NCBI RefSeq assembly: GCF_006345805.1
Contig: NC_043013.1
Coordinates: 16,926,001-16,990,000 of the forward strand
DNA length: 64,000 nt
From: Octopus sinensis
Taxonomy: Eukaryota
Reading direction: 5' to 3'
The notes beneath the pieces were generated by a model. The model searched no databases, had not been told where the DNA came from, and saw only the letters and a list, made by a program, of their open reading frames with translations. This document shows, in pieces, positions 1-12,477 of this stretch (position 1 is its first letter; every line of letters starts with the position of its first letter). The position numbers and the translations under genes were made by a program.

Positions 1-97
1 TATATATATATAATATATATATATATATTATATATATATATATACATACCTACCTACCTACATACATACATATATACACAATGTATTATATATATAT

Positions 98-181
<84 letters not shown>

Positions 182-225
182 ATTTGTACGCACACACACA
201 CACACACACACATACATATATAATA
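1..225. repeat. (TA)n/(CA)n compound microsatellite
   Basis: Direct reading. Dozens of similar tracts occur throughout the window and generate the IYIY/THTH/VCVC pseudo-ORFs. Confidence 0.95.
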
Positions 226-633
226 TTTTGAGGGTTACTTTCATTTGTTTACACACTCATATATATATATGTGTGTGTGTGTGTGTATGTGTGTGTACAC
301 ATTTGCATGTATTTGTATGTGTACAAATATACATACATATGTGTGTGTTTGTGTGTGTGTGTATCTTTGCACATGTACATACATATATTCATCTGTGTAT
401 TCACATATCTGTGTGCGTGTATGTGTACATGCATCTATGAATGTATTAAAACGCATCTCTGTTATGAAGACACTACAAAGAACTTAGTCCAGTGATTTAT
501 TATTTTATGGTACTGACACAGCCAGAAATCGTTGAGGTCAGACACCATCATTAGAATCTCCATAATAAGTATAAAGTTGTAAATACAGCTTTGATGATCA
601 CTGGTGAAGCTGTTTACCTATCAATATATATAC

Positions 634-672
<39 letters not shown>

Positions 673-692
673 ATTGCATGTATGTGTGTGTG

Positions 693-736
<44 letters not shown>

Positions 737-741
<5 letters not shown>

Positions 742-1112
742 TTTACCTCTTACTCATTTCAGTTATTGGACTGTGGCCATGCTGGGGCACTGCTTATATA
801 TGTATATATATATACATACATACATATATATTTTTTATTCTTACTTGTTTCGGTCATTTGACTGCAGCCATGCTGGAGCACCGCCTTGGAGGATTTTCGC
901 TGAACAAATCAATCCACAACTTTTTAAGCCTAGTACTTGTTTTATTAGTCTCTTTTGCTGAACCACTAAGTTACAGGGAGGTAAACACATCAACACTGGT
1001 TGTCAAGTGGTGATGGGGAGACAAACACATACATAGATACACATACACACAAACACACACATATATTTGGTAGACAGAAACTGAAAAAAGCCCATTGTAT
1101 ACATGTGTGTGT

Positions 1113-1161
<49 letters not shown>

Positions 1162-1312
1162 CACGATGGGCTTCTTTCAGTTTCCATCTACCAAATCTAC
1201 TCACAAGGCTTCGGTCAGCCCAAGGCAATAGTAGAAGAGAGTTACCAAAGGTGCCATGCAGTGGGACTGAACCCAGAACCATGTGGTTGGGAAGCAAACT
1301 TCTTACCATACA
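737..1312 (-). mobile_element. tRNA-derived CORE-type SINE (octopus OR-like), composite copy with internal microsatellite
   Basis: Same body as the copies at 8095-8520, 9410-9814 and 11030-11412. tRNA-like head near 1250-1312; 3' part with 'ccatgctggagcaccgcc'. Confidence 0.8.
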
Positions 1313-1404
1313 CACACACACATGTACACGTGTGTGTGTGTGTGTGTATTCACATATATATGTATATGTATATATGCATAAACTAGATTATTGCTGAGAG
1401 ATAA

Positions 1405-2167
1405 ACACTTTACATAAAGTAGCTGCCCTCAGCTCCCACGACAACCTCATGATGGCTCCAGAATATGGTGCAAGCATTCCTCACTGTGACTCTGAGAAGA
1501 TCTGCAAACACCTCCTTGATCTAGGCCACTAGTTCAGCCTTCGTGTTGCAAGCAAAATGGTTGACTTTTTTCTCAACTGCACTCTACACATAGTAATCCA
1601 CTTGATTGCAATCAAAGAAATTAGCAGTCCAGAAATTGGGGCTGTTGGGATCCTAGAAATTCTCCAACAACCACCTCTAGCTCTTTTCAGTGGCATGACA
1701 AGGAGCCAAATCCTGCTGCCACACATAGGGCCTTCTAGCAGCAATCCTCTCCAGCCAGGCTTTGACTAGTCTCAAGCAACTACACACAACTCTCTGAATT
1801 AAACCTAAGTCCCTGTTCCCAAGTTGTTGGATGAACTCTGGTATGTGGATGCAGTCAGAATGCCTACTGTGTCAAATCCTGATGGCCACAGCTTCATAGT
1901 CAGTGTTGCAGCTATCCATATCACATCTTACAGCCTTTACACTGTTCACAGAGCATTGAGCAGCAGTTATGATGTTGGCATTTTGACACCCAGCATGAAT
2001 CCTCATGATACAGGTAACCCTTTTCCAATATTCAGATGGCTCCATGTCAGTTAACTTTGCTCATGTCAGCTAACTTTTTCTTTATACCATCAACCATTTA
2101 CCAATACATCAAGCTATTCCTGAAAAAGGAGATATGAAAAATCCTCAAATTTAGCTCAAACACCCTG
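1405..2167 (-). mobile_element. Internally deleted, degenerate Tc1/mariner (maT-like) transposon
   Basis: Minus frame reads MEPSEYWKRVT...HSRHSDCIHIPEF, then VKAWLERIAARRPYVWQQDLAPCH...DCNQVDYYV*SAVEKK...AEGSYF* with several stops (FQQDSAPAH and DLNPLDY motifs of DDD transposases). One TIR-like end TA|CAGGGTGTTTGAGC at 2167. Confidence 0.8.
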
Positions 2168-2539
2168 TATGTGTGTGTGTGTGTGTGTATGTGTATACAT
2201 ATGTATATATGATGGATAGATAGGGATAAATTATCCAGTATCATACGAGTCCTCATTTATAAACCAGGTTCTGGCTTACTGCATCCAGCCATAAAAAGCA
2301 TCTAAGATTACCTAAGGTGAGCAATCCCATTGTAATTCATCCGATGGGTAAATCCTGGGTTTACTTCCCTGGATTACAAATATTTTACTTACAATTGTAG
2401 TAAGTACAAAGATTAGTATTAGGACTTATTCTATCGGTCTATTTTGCCAAACCACTAAGTTATGGGGACGTAGACACACCAACATCAGTTGTCAAGTGAT
2501 GGTGAGGTGACAAACACAGACACACAAATATATACACAT

Positions 2540-2566
2540 ATACACATTTATATATATATATGTGTG

Positions 2567-2616
<50 letters not shown>

Positions 2617-2748
2617 ATAAATATATATATATGTATGTATAAACATATATAATATATATATAAATATATATATATGTATGTATAAACATATATATATATA
2701 TATATATAAGTACACACACATATATATGCGTGCGTGTGTGTGTGTGTG

Positions 2749-2779
<31 letters not shown>

Positions 2780-2932
2780 AATATATATATATGTATGTAT
2801 AAACATATATATATATATATATAAATATATATATATGTATGTATAAACATATATATATATATATATATATAAGTACACACACATATATATGCGTGCGTGT
2901 GTGTGTGTGTGGTATATTATATATATATATAT
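2540..2932. repeat. Compound micro/minisatellite with higher-order units
   Basis: Unit 'aaatatatatatatgtatgtataaacatatat' repeats several times. Unit 'aagtacacacacatatatatgcgtgcgtgtg' occurs twice (~2708 and ~2871). Confidence 0.85.
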
Positions 2933-3095
2933 ACACTCACGGTGTGGTTGGCGTTAGGAAGGGCATCCAGCTGTAGAAACACTGCCAGATCAGACTGGAG
3001 CCTGGTGCATCCTCTGGCTTCCCAGACCCCGGTCGAACCGTCCAACCCGTACTAGCGCGGAAAACGGACGTTAAACGATGATGATGATGATGATA
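2933..3095 (+). mobile_element. RTE-LINE 3'-tail-derived short element ending in (GAT)n
   Basis: 'gttggcgttaggaagggcatccagctgtagaa...cgttaaacgatgatgatgat'. A related tail follows the RTE RT fragment at 12478-13290. Many copies occur in the window. Confidence 0.75.
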
Positions 3096-3389
3096 TATAT
3101 ATATCAAAGTATGCATGCTATCTCTGAAGAACACGGTTATTTGATAACTGTTCAGTTATTTAATATCTAGTGTGAAACTTATTGGTAAGATTGACTGTAA
3201 TGGATTGGCTCACTGTATAATTTGATTTATATAACCATTCTATTGACAAATATATGAGTGCCAGTTTTTTTCCGAGTTAAAGATTTTTAGATGACTATAT
3301 CTAAATCTATATATCTATATATGCATAGATACACACACACATAACATACATTCACACACACACACACAACACACACACACACACACATA

Positions 3390-3634
3390 GAGGGCTGGCC
3401 AAAAGTCACCTGACAGTAAATCAAAACCAATTAATTCCAAGATAAAAACAAAAAATTATTTTATATGAATTTTCGCTAATAAATAGGCAAATGTTAAAAT
3501 CAAACCGTGATTTTAACTCACAGCATTCAATTATTAAGCATTCATAATTGGAATGAATAAATAAAATTGAATATTAAGTATTCATGGAAATTTGATTTAC
3601 TGTTACTGTCGGGTGACTTTTGGCCATGTCTGTG
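3390..3634. mobile_element. Tc1/mariner-type MITE
   Basis: Imperfect TIRs 'tggccaaaagtcacctgacagtaa' / 'ttactgtcgggtgacttttggcca', flanked by TA on both sides. Confidence 0.8.
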
Positions 3635-3970
3635 TATACATATATATATATATGCAAGTGTATATACATGCATGTATGTGTGTATATACACATTTTTAGA
3701 TATGTGAAGGTCCCACTGCCACCACCACCAAACACCAGCAGCACCACCATCATCACTACTATTGTCAAGCTACCATCTTCTCCATCACCACCACCACCAC
3801 AAGCTTACTTCCAATCCATGCCATGCAGTACTTTCCCAGGTACTTTATTTTATTGATCACACTACAACGCAAAAACAGAACAGAATTCTAACTGAGAATG
3901 TAACTAAATTCTACAACTTACTTAATGACACCAATTCTACACTTAAGGTATGCTTGCTTATTTTGAAAAC

Positions 3971-4001
<31 letters not shown>

Positions 4002-4201
4002 GTATGTATTTATATATATAGGTAGTGATATAGATAGATAGATAGATATGCATATACATATATATACATAACTATCTTAAACTATATGCTTTTACATGTG
4101 TGTGTGTGTGTGTGTGTGCATGCATTTAGATATAGAAGTATACATACACATGCGTTTATGTGTGTCCATGTGTGTGTGTGTGTATGGGGATATATATATA
4201 T

Positions 4202-4238
<37 letters not shown>

Positions 4239-4722
4239 CATATATACACATATGTACATACATATATATAGATATATATTTATACATACACACACACTCA
4301 CATACATGCACACACACATACACACACACACGCATACATACATAAGATCCTGGGGGGGAAGGAAGATAATGCAGCACTTAACTTGATCTTTAGGCTTTCT
4401 ACAAACTTGGATTCCAGACTAATATTAAAATTCTTACAGTGTAGAAATTCCAGGTTTCACAATGACAAAACTGTTGTGCAGGTTTAGTGAAGAGCAAAAT
4501 GTAATCCAAATAAAATAAAGAAAGATTTTAACACATCTGTAATGATCCTTCACAATTGTTTCTATACCAGCGATATAAATATATTGCCCTGTCCAGCTCA
4601 TCACAGTTGATTGACATTTCCATTTTAATTTACTTTTTGTTTCCTCCCAGTATAAGCAAAACATAAAGTCAGGCAAATGCACAATGTAAGACAGAAAATT
4701 TTAATGCAGATTTAATGCATAA

Positions 4723-4941
4723 CCCTTTCGTTACTGTATTTATTTTGAGATGCTCTGTGTTACTTTCAATTACTTTAAATATAACAAAGAATTTAGTAAA
4801 ATAACTTAGTTATCATGAAGCTAGTGTTAGGAACATAAATTGTAACTAAGGCTTGGTGGAAGATTTTAATTCAAACGTATGGAATCAAGACATTTGCACT
4901 CAGAGCCAGAGCCGGTTTCAGCCGGGTTGGTAATGAAAGGG
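4723..4941. mobile_element. piggyBac-type (TTAA) MITE
   Basis: TIR ccctttcgttac / gtaatgaaaggg with ATAA/TTAA flanks. An inverted sister copy lies at 60874-61093. Confidence 0.85.
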
Positions 4942-5094
4942 TTAAAACCACAAATATTACGTAAATTTTCACTTGGAAAATTTTGCATGAACTGGCATTA
5001 GAAGCAGAGATATTAATGTAACCCATAATCTCTTTGTAAATGACCTTAAGATTTATGCTAAAGATGTTATCAATACCAAAAACAACTGGAATTA

Positions 5095-6925
5095 ATAACA
5101 TTTTCAGCTAACATAGGAATGGAATTTCATCAGAAGAAATGTTCTTATTTAATTATTGAACAGGAAAAATCAGTCTCCCAGACACAAAACCTGTGCATCA
5201 ATAATCTCACTATCTCTCCAATCCCACACAAATAATGCTGCAAATACCTTGGCATTGATGAAAATACATCATACCAAGGTACTGTGAATAAAGATAGAGT
5301 AACCCATGAGTATTATTACACCAGACTAAGAAAAATACAGCAGTCCAAACTCTCCTCTTACAACAGGACAATATCCCACAATATATTTGCTGTACCAGTG
5401 CTGATTCCAACATTTGGGATACTTGGCTGGTCAGTAGAAGAAATCAACTCCATAGACATTAAAACCTGCTAGATTCTAACATTAAATGGAAATCTCCACA
5501 AAAAATAGTGATATCAACAGGCTCTACCTAAGAAGAGATAAAGGAAATAGGGGCTTGAGATCAGTGCAGACAGACTTTGAATGTCACAGTCTGTCTCAGA
5601 CAGCACTTGCTAAACAACACCAACAAAAATAAATGCATTAACTTAATGCTGAAAAGTGAAGAAAACAATACTTTATGTGTTGGAAGTGAGCTCCTCAGGA
5701 AGTATTCTCTTCCTGTTGACCTCCCATACAATCCCAAATCAGCTGGACAAGCATATCTTAAAGAAGACCTGGCGTTGGAATGCTCAGCATACCAAAAAAA
5801 GACCATGCATGGATATGTTTCTCATAGACTTGAAGAAGATGGTAACGTTGACATGAAGCAAAGCCTCTCTTGAACTCATGACCACTACATCACATCACAC
5901 TTTGAAGGTTATGCATTTGCATCCAACAACAGGAGGTTGCTACTAAATGCCTAATCAACAAAAGAGATAGTGAAGCCCTTGGAGTTCCAGGATGCAAACG
6001 TAAATGTAGATTGTCATATTTCTGTGGAAGGCATCACACATGTGACTAGCAGCTACCCAAAAATGTCATCTAGGTACTACCTGCCTATGCAACATGACAT
6101 TGTCACAAAACAGTATACAATACCTATTTCTTTACTACCCACAAGGGGCTAAACACAGAGAGGACAAACAAGGACAAATGGATTAAGTCGCTTATATCGA
6201 CCCCAGTGTGTAACTAGTCCTTAATTTATCAACCCCGAAAGGATGAAAGGTAAAGTCGACCTCGGCGGAATTTGAACTCAGAACATAGCGGCAGACAAAA
6301 TACCGCTAAGCATTTTGCCCAGCATGCTAACGATTCTGCCAGCTTGCCTCCTTTAAAAACAGTATACAATACCATTTGGGGAAAAGACTGCCCTGGAATA
6401 AATATAGAGAATCCCCCTGTTATTGAATACATACACAAATACCAGCACAAGGAATACTGGTGGAACATTCCCATCAAAACATCTGTCAAGTGTAAACATA
6501 ACAGGCCAGATATTGTTGTTTGGGATAGACAAGAAAAAGTTTGTAATATCATAGAAGTCAGCTGTCCTGCTGATGAGAATATCTCTTTGAAAAGAAGATA
6601 ACTATAGACAACTGCTTTGAAATCTCCAGCTTCTGTATCTGGATTACAAATTTACGTCAATACAAATAATAATTGGAGCACTTGGTTTTGTAAGTAAATG
6701 CTTAACTGTCAGTCTGGATAAGCCTGGATTTTCAGAGAAAGAAATCAACCACTGATTTGCACATTACAAAATACAATCTGTAAGCAGATTGTATTGTAAA
6801 TCTATGCAAGACTTTTCTCAGGTTTAAAATGTGACATTGTTTTTGTTATCTACATTCCAAAGATGTTGTTTTGGATCTTTGTTAGAAACCAGCTCCTTCT
6901 TCAGAGGAAGAACTTAAATGATTAA
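5095..6925 (+). mobile_element. Degenerate RLE-type non-LTR retrotransposon (R4/Dong-like), 3' half
   Basis: Frame-broken motifs FSANIGMEF, KYLGID, INRLYLRRDKGNRGL, CRL...TH...QHDIV (CCHC region) and YWWNIPIKTSVKCKHNRPDIVVWD...IIEVSCPADEN (PD-(D/E)xK endonuclease). Confidence 0.85.
6125..6355 (-). mobile_element. tRNA-derived SINE (OK-like family) nested in the RLE LINE
   Basis: Box B-like 'gttctgagttcaaattcc' and 'gcctttcatcctttcggggt' body. 18-bp direct repeat aaaacagtatacaatacc at 6107-6124 and 6356-6373. Confidence 0.9.
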
Positions 6926-6960
<35 letters not shown>

Positions 6961-7569
6961 CATGAACGCACACACATACATACATACACACATGCATCAT
7001 TATCATTGTTTTATATCTACTTTCCATGCAGGCATGGGTTGATGGGTCATCACAATCCAAATGAGTTCTTAACCAGTCTTACTACCCTCCTATACAAACT
7101 CAGAAAGCCATGTTTCTTTCCTATATTCCATTTCTGATACAGTTTCTACAACTGCAATCCCTTCCTAATGATAACCCCTTTATAAAGTTGACTGAATGCA
7201 TTTTATCATAGGACCAATATTAGAATGGTTATCATCAGATGGGTTTCCAAAGAATTTCCATAAACGTACTTCCACTTACAAGGTATTGATAAACTCGGAC
7301 TATAGAAGAACTTACCTAAGAAATTGTGCTGCAGAATCAAACAAGGAACTACACATTGATACTTGTAGCCAGTTAAAATGGCAGACAAAGCACTACTTGA
7401 ATGATCCATTTTCTTCATCTATTTTTAGACTTTAAGAAATGTAGAGAAGTTTTGGAACAACTCCACATTAAACACATGAACCTGGGAGATATTGTAATGT
7501 TTTCAAGCCTGTATGGATCAAAACAATGCTGTTTCCAACATTGCCCTCATGAAAACATAACTCTAAACT

Positions 7570-7850
7570 GCACAGAATTGATTCTGGGATTGTTCAACTA
7601 GGTTTTCTTTAGAGAACTATCTGATAAAGTTATATTTTACAATTGCCTTTAAAATTGATTCTTCGATTGTTCCACAGGATTTTGTCTTGAGAGAACCAAT
7701 AATCCGATAATGCTATATTTCTTTCATATTTCACAATTTCATTTCAATTGATTATTGAACTGTTCTTCTGGATATTTGTTTGAAGAACAAAGACTCTGCT
7801 AAAGCTTTTATCTTTTATATTTCATAAATTACTGGGGTTGTTACGATGGT
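7570..7850. repeat. Degenerate ~90-bp tandem repeat, related to 13380-13620
   Basis: Recurrent 'aattgatt...gattgttc...gagaac...ctgataa...tatattt' units at both loci. Confidence 0.5.
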
Positions 7851-8094
7851 TTGTTTCCATACTATAATGTATTACAGAATATATTCCTAGATTTTTAGTC
7901 AACAACTGCATGTTTAGACAGATGTAAACATCTTGCTTATACTTTCAGTGGATTGAGACAGAGAGATCAGCTGGATTAACTTTAATCCTGTTTTGGGGCT
8001 ATATCACTCACTGAGAACTCCTTCTCAGTGACAGAGATCCCTCTTGAACTGTCCACATAGACACTACCAATGAACCCACTGTCACTCAGGCCTT

Positions 8095-8253
8095 TAGGAG
8101 TAGCTGTGTGGTAAGTAGCTTGCTTACCAACCACATGGTTCCAGGTTCATTCCCACTGCATGGCACCTTGGGCAAGTGTCTTCTACTATAGCCTCGGGCT
8201 GACCAAAGCCTTGTGAGTGGATTTGGTAGAGAGAAACTGAAAGAAGCCCATTG

Positions 8254-8290
<37 letters not shown>

Positions 8291-8520
8291 GTGTGTGTAT
8301 ATGTTTGTGTGTCTGTGTTTGTTCCCCCAGCATCGCTTGACAACCAATGGTGGTGTGCTTACATCCCTGTAACTTGGCAGTTCAGCAAAAGTGACCGATA
8401 GAATAAGTACTAGGCTTCCAAAGAATAAGTCCTAGGGTCGATTTGCTCAACTAAAGGCGGTGCTCCAGCATGGCCGCAGTCAAATGACTGAAACAAGTAA
8501 AAGAGAAAAAAATAAAAGAG
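8095..8520 (+). mobile_element. Full-length CORE-type SINE (OR-like)
   Basis: Head 'ggagtagctgtgtggtaag...ggttcattccc', CORE-like 'ggcaccttgggcaagtgtctt', internal (TA)n(TG)n and A-rich tail. Confidence 0.85.
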
Positions 8521-8814
8521 AATATAATAGTTCCATGACATTTTCTGTTCACAATAATATTGTGTATAGAGATGGGGTGTATAAATCTGGTTCTACACCC
8601 AGTGCTGGTTAAAAACCTGTACAATGTGTGATAGAGTTGTAACATTGAAAGAAACCACTGTAAACACACTAGCAATTTATTAAGTGGACAATTAAGGATG
8701 CTTTGTATATACAAACCAGCAGCAGCGTCTCATAGGGTTAGAAAAACTATCAGAAAAAGTCATACAGTTACTGACCTTATCATTGAAAATGTAGTTGGAA
8801 CACACACATACACA

Positions 8815-9320
8815 ATGAGGTGAGTGCACTATGTCTCATAAAATTGTTTAGGAATTTTAGAATAAATTCTCTTTTTGACAAAAATAGCAGCAGTCCTGAA
8901 AGGAAACTTTCAGAAACCTCCCATCATTCCAAAGAGGACAAGAGCTGATCAGATCAAAAGCTGTTTGCAATTGTCTCTTTTGCAGATGTGTTTAAAAAAA
9001 ACTTAAACTGAAAACAATCATGAGAACTTAATAAAGACCAGTTATTAGCTGATTTTCCTACAAGACTTTTGGAACTTGGAGAAATTATCGTTGTACCTAA
9101 TCAACATGGAGTTACATGGCTGACATCATCATTTGCTGAACTAAAATATAGTCAATATTTAGCACAACTACTACAGTTAACAAATGGTTCTGTGAAAAAC
9201 CAATATTTACTCTAACTAATATGGCTGCCAAGATTATCAGTTATTCAGCAGTTGAACAGAGATGAATTTATCTACAAGTCAGTAGGCACTGATTTAGCTC
9301 CCAAAGAAATTGAAGCATAT
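8815..9320 (+). mobile_element. Helitron RepHel (Pif1 helicase) fossil
   Basis: ECTMSHK (Walker B-like DECTM), LKGNFQKPPIIPKRTRADQIKSCL (cf. LAGDFRQxLPVIPxGTRAD), KLKLKTIMR, DFPTRLLELGE and IYKSV, with frameshifts and stops. Confidence 0.7.
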
Positions 9321-9409
9321 ATGTGAATGTATGTGGTCTTTCCCTTGTACTTTGTATATTCTTTAAAAAAAGCCACTAGATATATTGTATACACCCAAAA
9401 CTAGAGTAT

Positions 9410-9814
9410 ATATACTCTTTTACTTGTTTCAGTCATTTGACTGCGGCCATGCTGGAGCACCGCCTTTAGTCGAGCAAATCGACCCCGGGACTTATTCTTT
9501 GTAAGCCCAGTACTTATTCTATCGGTCTCTTTTGCCAAACCGCTAAGTGACGGGGACGTAAACACACCAGCATCGGTTGTCAAGCAATGCTAGGGGGACA
9601 AACACAGACACACAAACATACACACACACTTATATATATATACATATATACGACAGGCTTCTTTCAGTTTCCGTCTACCAAATCCACTCACAAGGCATTG
9701 GTCGGCCCGGGGCTATAGCAGAAGACACTTGCCCAAGATGCCACGCACTGAGGCTGAACCCGAAACCCTGTGGTTGGTTAGCAAGCTACTTACCACACAA
9801 CCACTCCTGCGCCT
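9410..9814 (-). mobile_element. Full-length CORE-type SINE (OR-like)
   Basis: Highly similar to 11030-11412 and the reverse complement of 8095-8520. Confidence 0.85.
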
Positions 9815-10183
9815 ATGTGAATGTATATGTTTTTTTTCTATCATTTTGTATATTCTTAAAAAAAATAGGAATATTATAAAGACCTAAGAAATGTTATAAG
9901 ACTTGGGAAAATTTATTGATTACTCTTTACTCTTTTACTTGTTTCAATCATGTAACTGTGGCCATGCTGGAGCACCACCTTTAGTCGAGCAAATCGACCC
10001 CAGGACTTATTCTTTGTAAGCCTAGTACTTATTCTATTGGTCTCTTTTGCCGAACTGCTAGGTTTCGGGGATGTAAACACACCAGCATCTATTATCAAGT
10101 GATGTTGGGCGGGACAAACACACACACACATACATACATATATATATATACGACGGGCTTAATTTTTAGTAATTATGTCAATT

Positions 10184-10388
10184 ACTACAATATTTGAAAA
10201 GTTCTTGGCTTTGGGCAAAAGAAAATACAGGAAAATCAGTTAATTTTGTTTTTATTCAACATATTCCCCTCTCAGATTCACACACTTACTCAATTTTTCT
10301 AAGCCCTGTAAAAGAGCTTGGGAGGCTGGGCCTCCAGCTAGGCCTTTTGTGATACCCTTCAAGCCAGGAACCTTTCAGTGCTCCCTCA
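10184..10388. mobile_element. Mariner-derived MITE
   Basis: Imperfect TIRs 'tgaaaagttcttggctt' / 'aagccaggaacctttcagtgctccctcata'. Confidence 0.6.
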
Positions 10389-11029
10389 TATATTTGTTTG
10401 CTTATTTCTATGAAGCTCAACTTGAAACATTTCTGAACTGCTAGAATGCAACAATTTCCAGTGGAATCAACATTCTCAAACTGCAGACTGTCAAAACGAT
10501 TTTCAAGAAATTTGTTTAAAGTATAGAGAATTGAAGTGTGTGTGTGTTCATTCCAAGTTATTAGCCACTGTTTTCCACTGAGGCATCTGGAATATTACAT
10601 AGAACCACATCTTCAATAGGATCATTAATGGCATGTCTCTTTCTGATAGTTTTTATAACCTTTCAGCCATAAATTGAGTTTGAGAATTAGTATCATAAAA
10701 ACTCAGGTTGAAAGCTTAGTTTAGTGGTTGGTTCCTTTGGGAACATCTGCCCTGAGACAAGCTCTATTGATGTAATTTGACTTCTCCCTTTACCAAAAAT
10801 ATCCTCAATAACAATGAGAACTATCTTTTATCATTTGTTTTACTCATTAGACTGTGGCCATGCTGGAACACTGCCTTGAAGAATTTTTTGTCAAATGAAT
10901 TGACCCCGGTACTTATTTTCTGTTAAGCTTGGTACTTGGTCGCTTTTGTCAAACTGCTAAGTGTATCTATGTCCCTGTAACTTAGCAGTTTGGCAAAAGT
11001 GACAGATTGAATAAGTATATAAATAAATA

Positions 11030-11412
11030 TATATACTCTTTTACTTGTTTCAGTCATTTGACTGCGGCCATGCTGGAGCACCGCCCTTAGTTGAGCAAAT
11101 CGACCCTGGGACTTATTCTATCGGTCTCTTTTGCCGAACTGCTAAGTGACGGGGATGTAAACACACCAGCATCGGTTGTCAAGCAATGCTAGGGGGACAA
11201 ACACAGACACACAAACATACACACATACTTATATATATATATATACATATATACGACAGGCTTCTTTCAGTTTCCGTCTACCAAATCCACTCACAAGGCA
11301 TTGGTCGGCCCGGGGCAAGAAGACACTTGCCCAAGATGCCACGCAGTGGGACTGAACCCGGAACCATGTGGTTGGTAAGCAAGCTACTTACCACACAGCC
11401 ACTCCTGCGCCT
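11030..11412 (-). mobile_element. Full-length CORE-type SINE (OR-like)
   Basis: Same family as 9410-9814. Confidence 0.85.
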
Positions 11413-12477
11413 CATATATCATCATCCTCATCGTCATCACTTAACACCCATTCTCTATGGGTTAGATGGTTTGACTGGAGCTGATACACCAGAGATCTGC
11501 ACCAGGTTCCAGTCTGATTTGGCTTGGGTTCTACGGTTGGATGCCCTTCCTAATGCCAACCACTCCAGAAATGTAATGGATGCTTTCACGTGTTATTTAC
11601 ATGACACCAGCAATGACCACATCTATGATTCATGGGTGCCACTTACATGGCACTGGTAACGACTACAATGCAGAGGTGCCAAATAACATGGCACCAGTAG
11701 CAACCACAACTATGATTTACATCCTGTCAGCAATGACCATGGTGCACAAGTGCCATTTACATGGAACCAGCAGCAACCATGACTACGATTCATGGGTGTT
11801 ATTTATATATATATATATATATATATATGCAATGGGCTTCTTTCAGTTTCCATCTACCAAATCCACTCACAAAACTTTGGTCAGCCAAGGTGCCACACAG
11901 TGGGACTGAACTCAGAACCATTTGAGAAGCGAGCAACCACACTTGTACCATGTTGAAGATGGCATCACTGAAATGACAACCTGAATATTATGTTGCTGTA
12001 CTTGATACTTTGAGAGACGACAGTCCACATGTTTTCAATAGATTTAAAAAGACTTTCACAGTTTTCAATGTGATCATGAAATGACTGATTCCAGTTTCTC
12101 GGAGTGGTTGGCGTTAGGAAGGGCATCCAGCTGTAGAAACTCTGCCAAATCAATATTGAAGCCTGGTGCAGCCATCTGGTTCGCCAGCCCTCAGTCAAAA
12201 TCGTCCAACCCATGCTTCCATGGAAAGCAGACGTTAAACGATGATGATGATGAGGATGATGAGGAACTGCAACCACTCCACTTTTCAAGTTGATGAAAGA
12301 GTACCCTTAATGTAAGGTGACGTTGGTAATGATCACGCTTGAATGGTGCTCTTTTACATGCCACCGGCATGGAAGCCGGTTGGCTGCTCTGGCAACAATC
12401 ATGCTTGGATGGTGCTCTTGGCACCCTACTAGCACGGGCACAAGTGCCAAGTATGGCAATGCTGGTAAAAGGCAGCA

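Noticed and set aside
228-4386. Many 60-160 aa ORFs rich in IY/TH/VC dipeptides (also throughout the window)
   Set aside because: They are translations of (TA)n and (CA)n microsatellites and SINE bodies. They are stop-poor by composition only.
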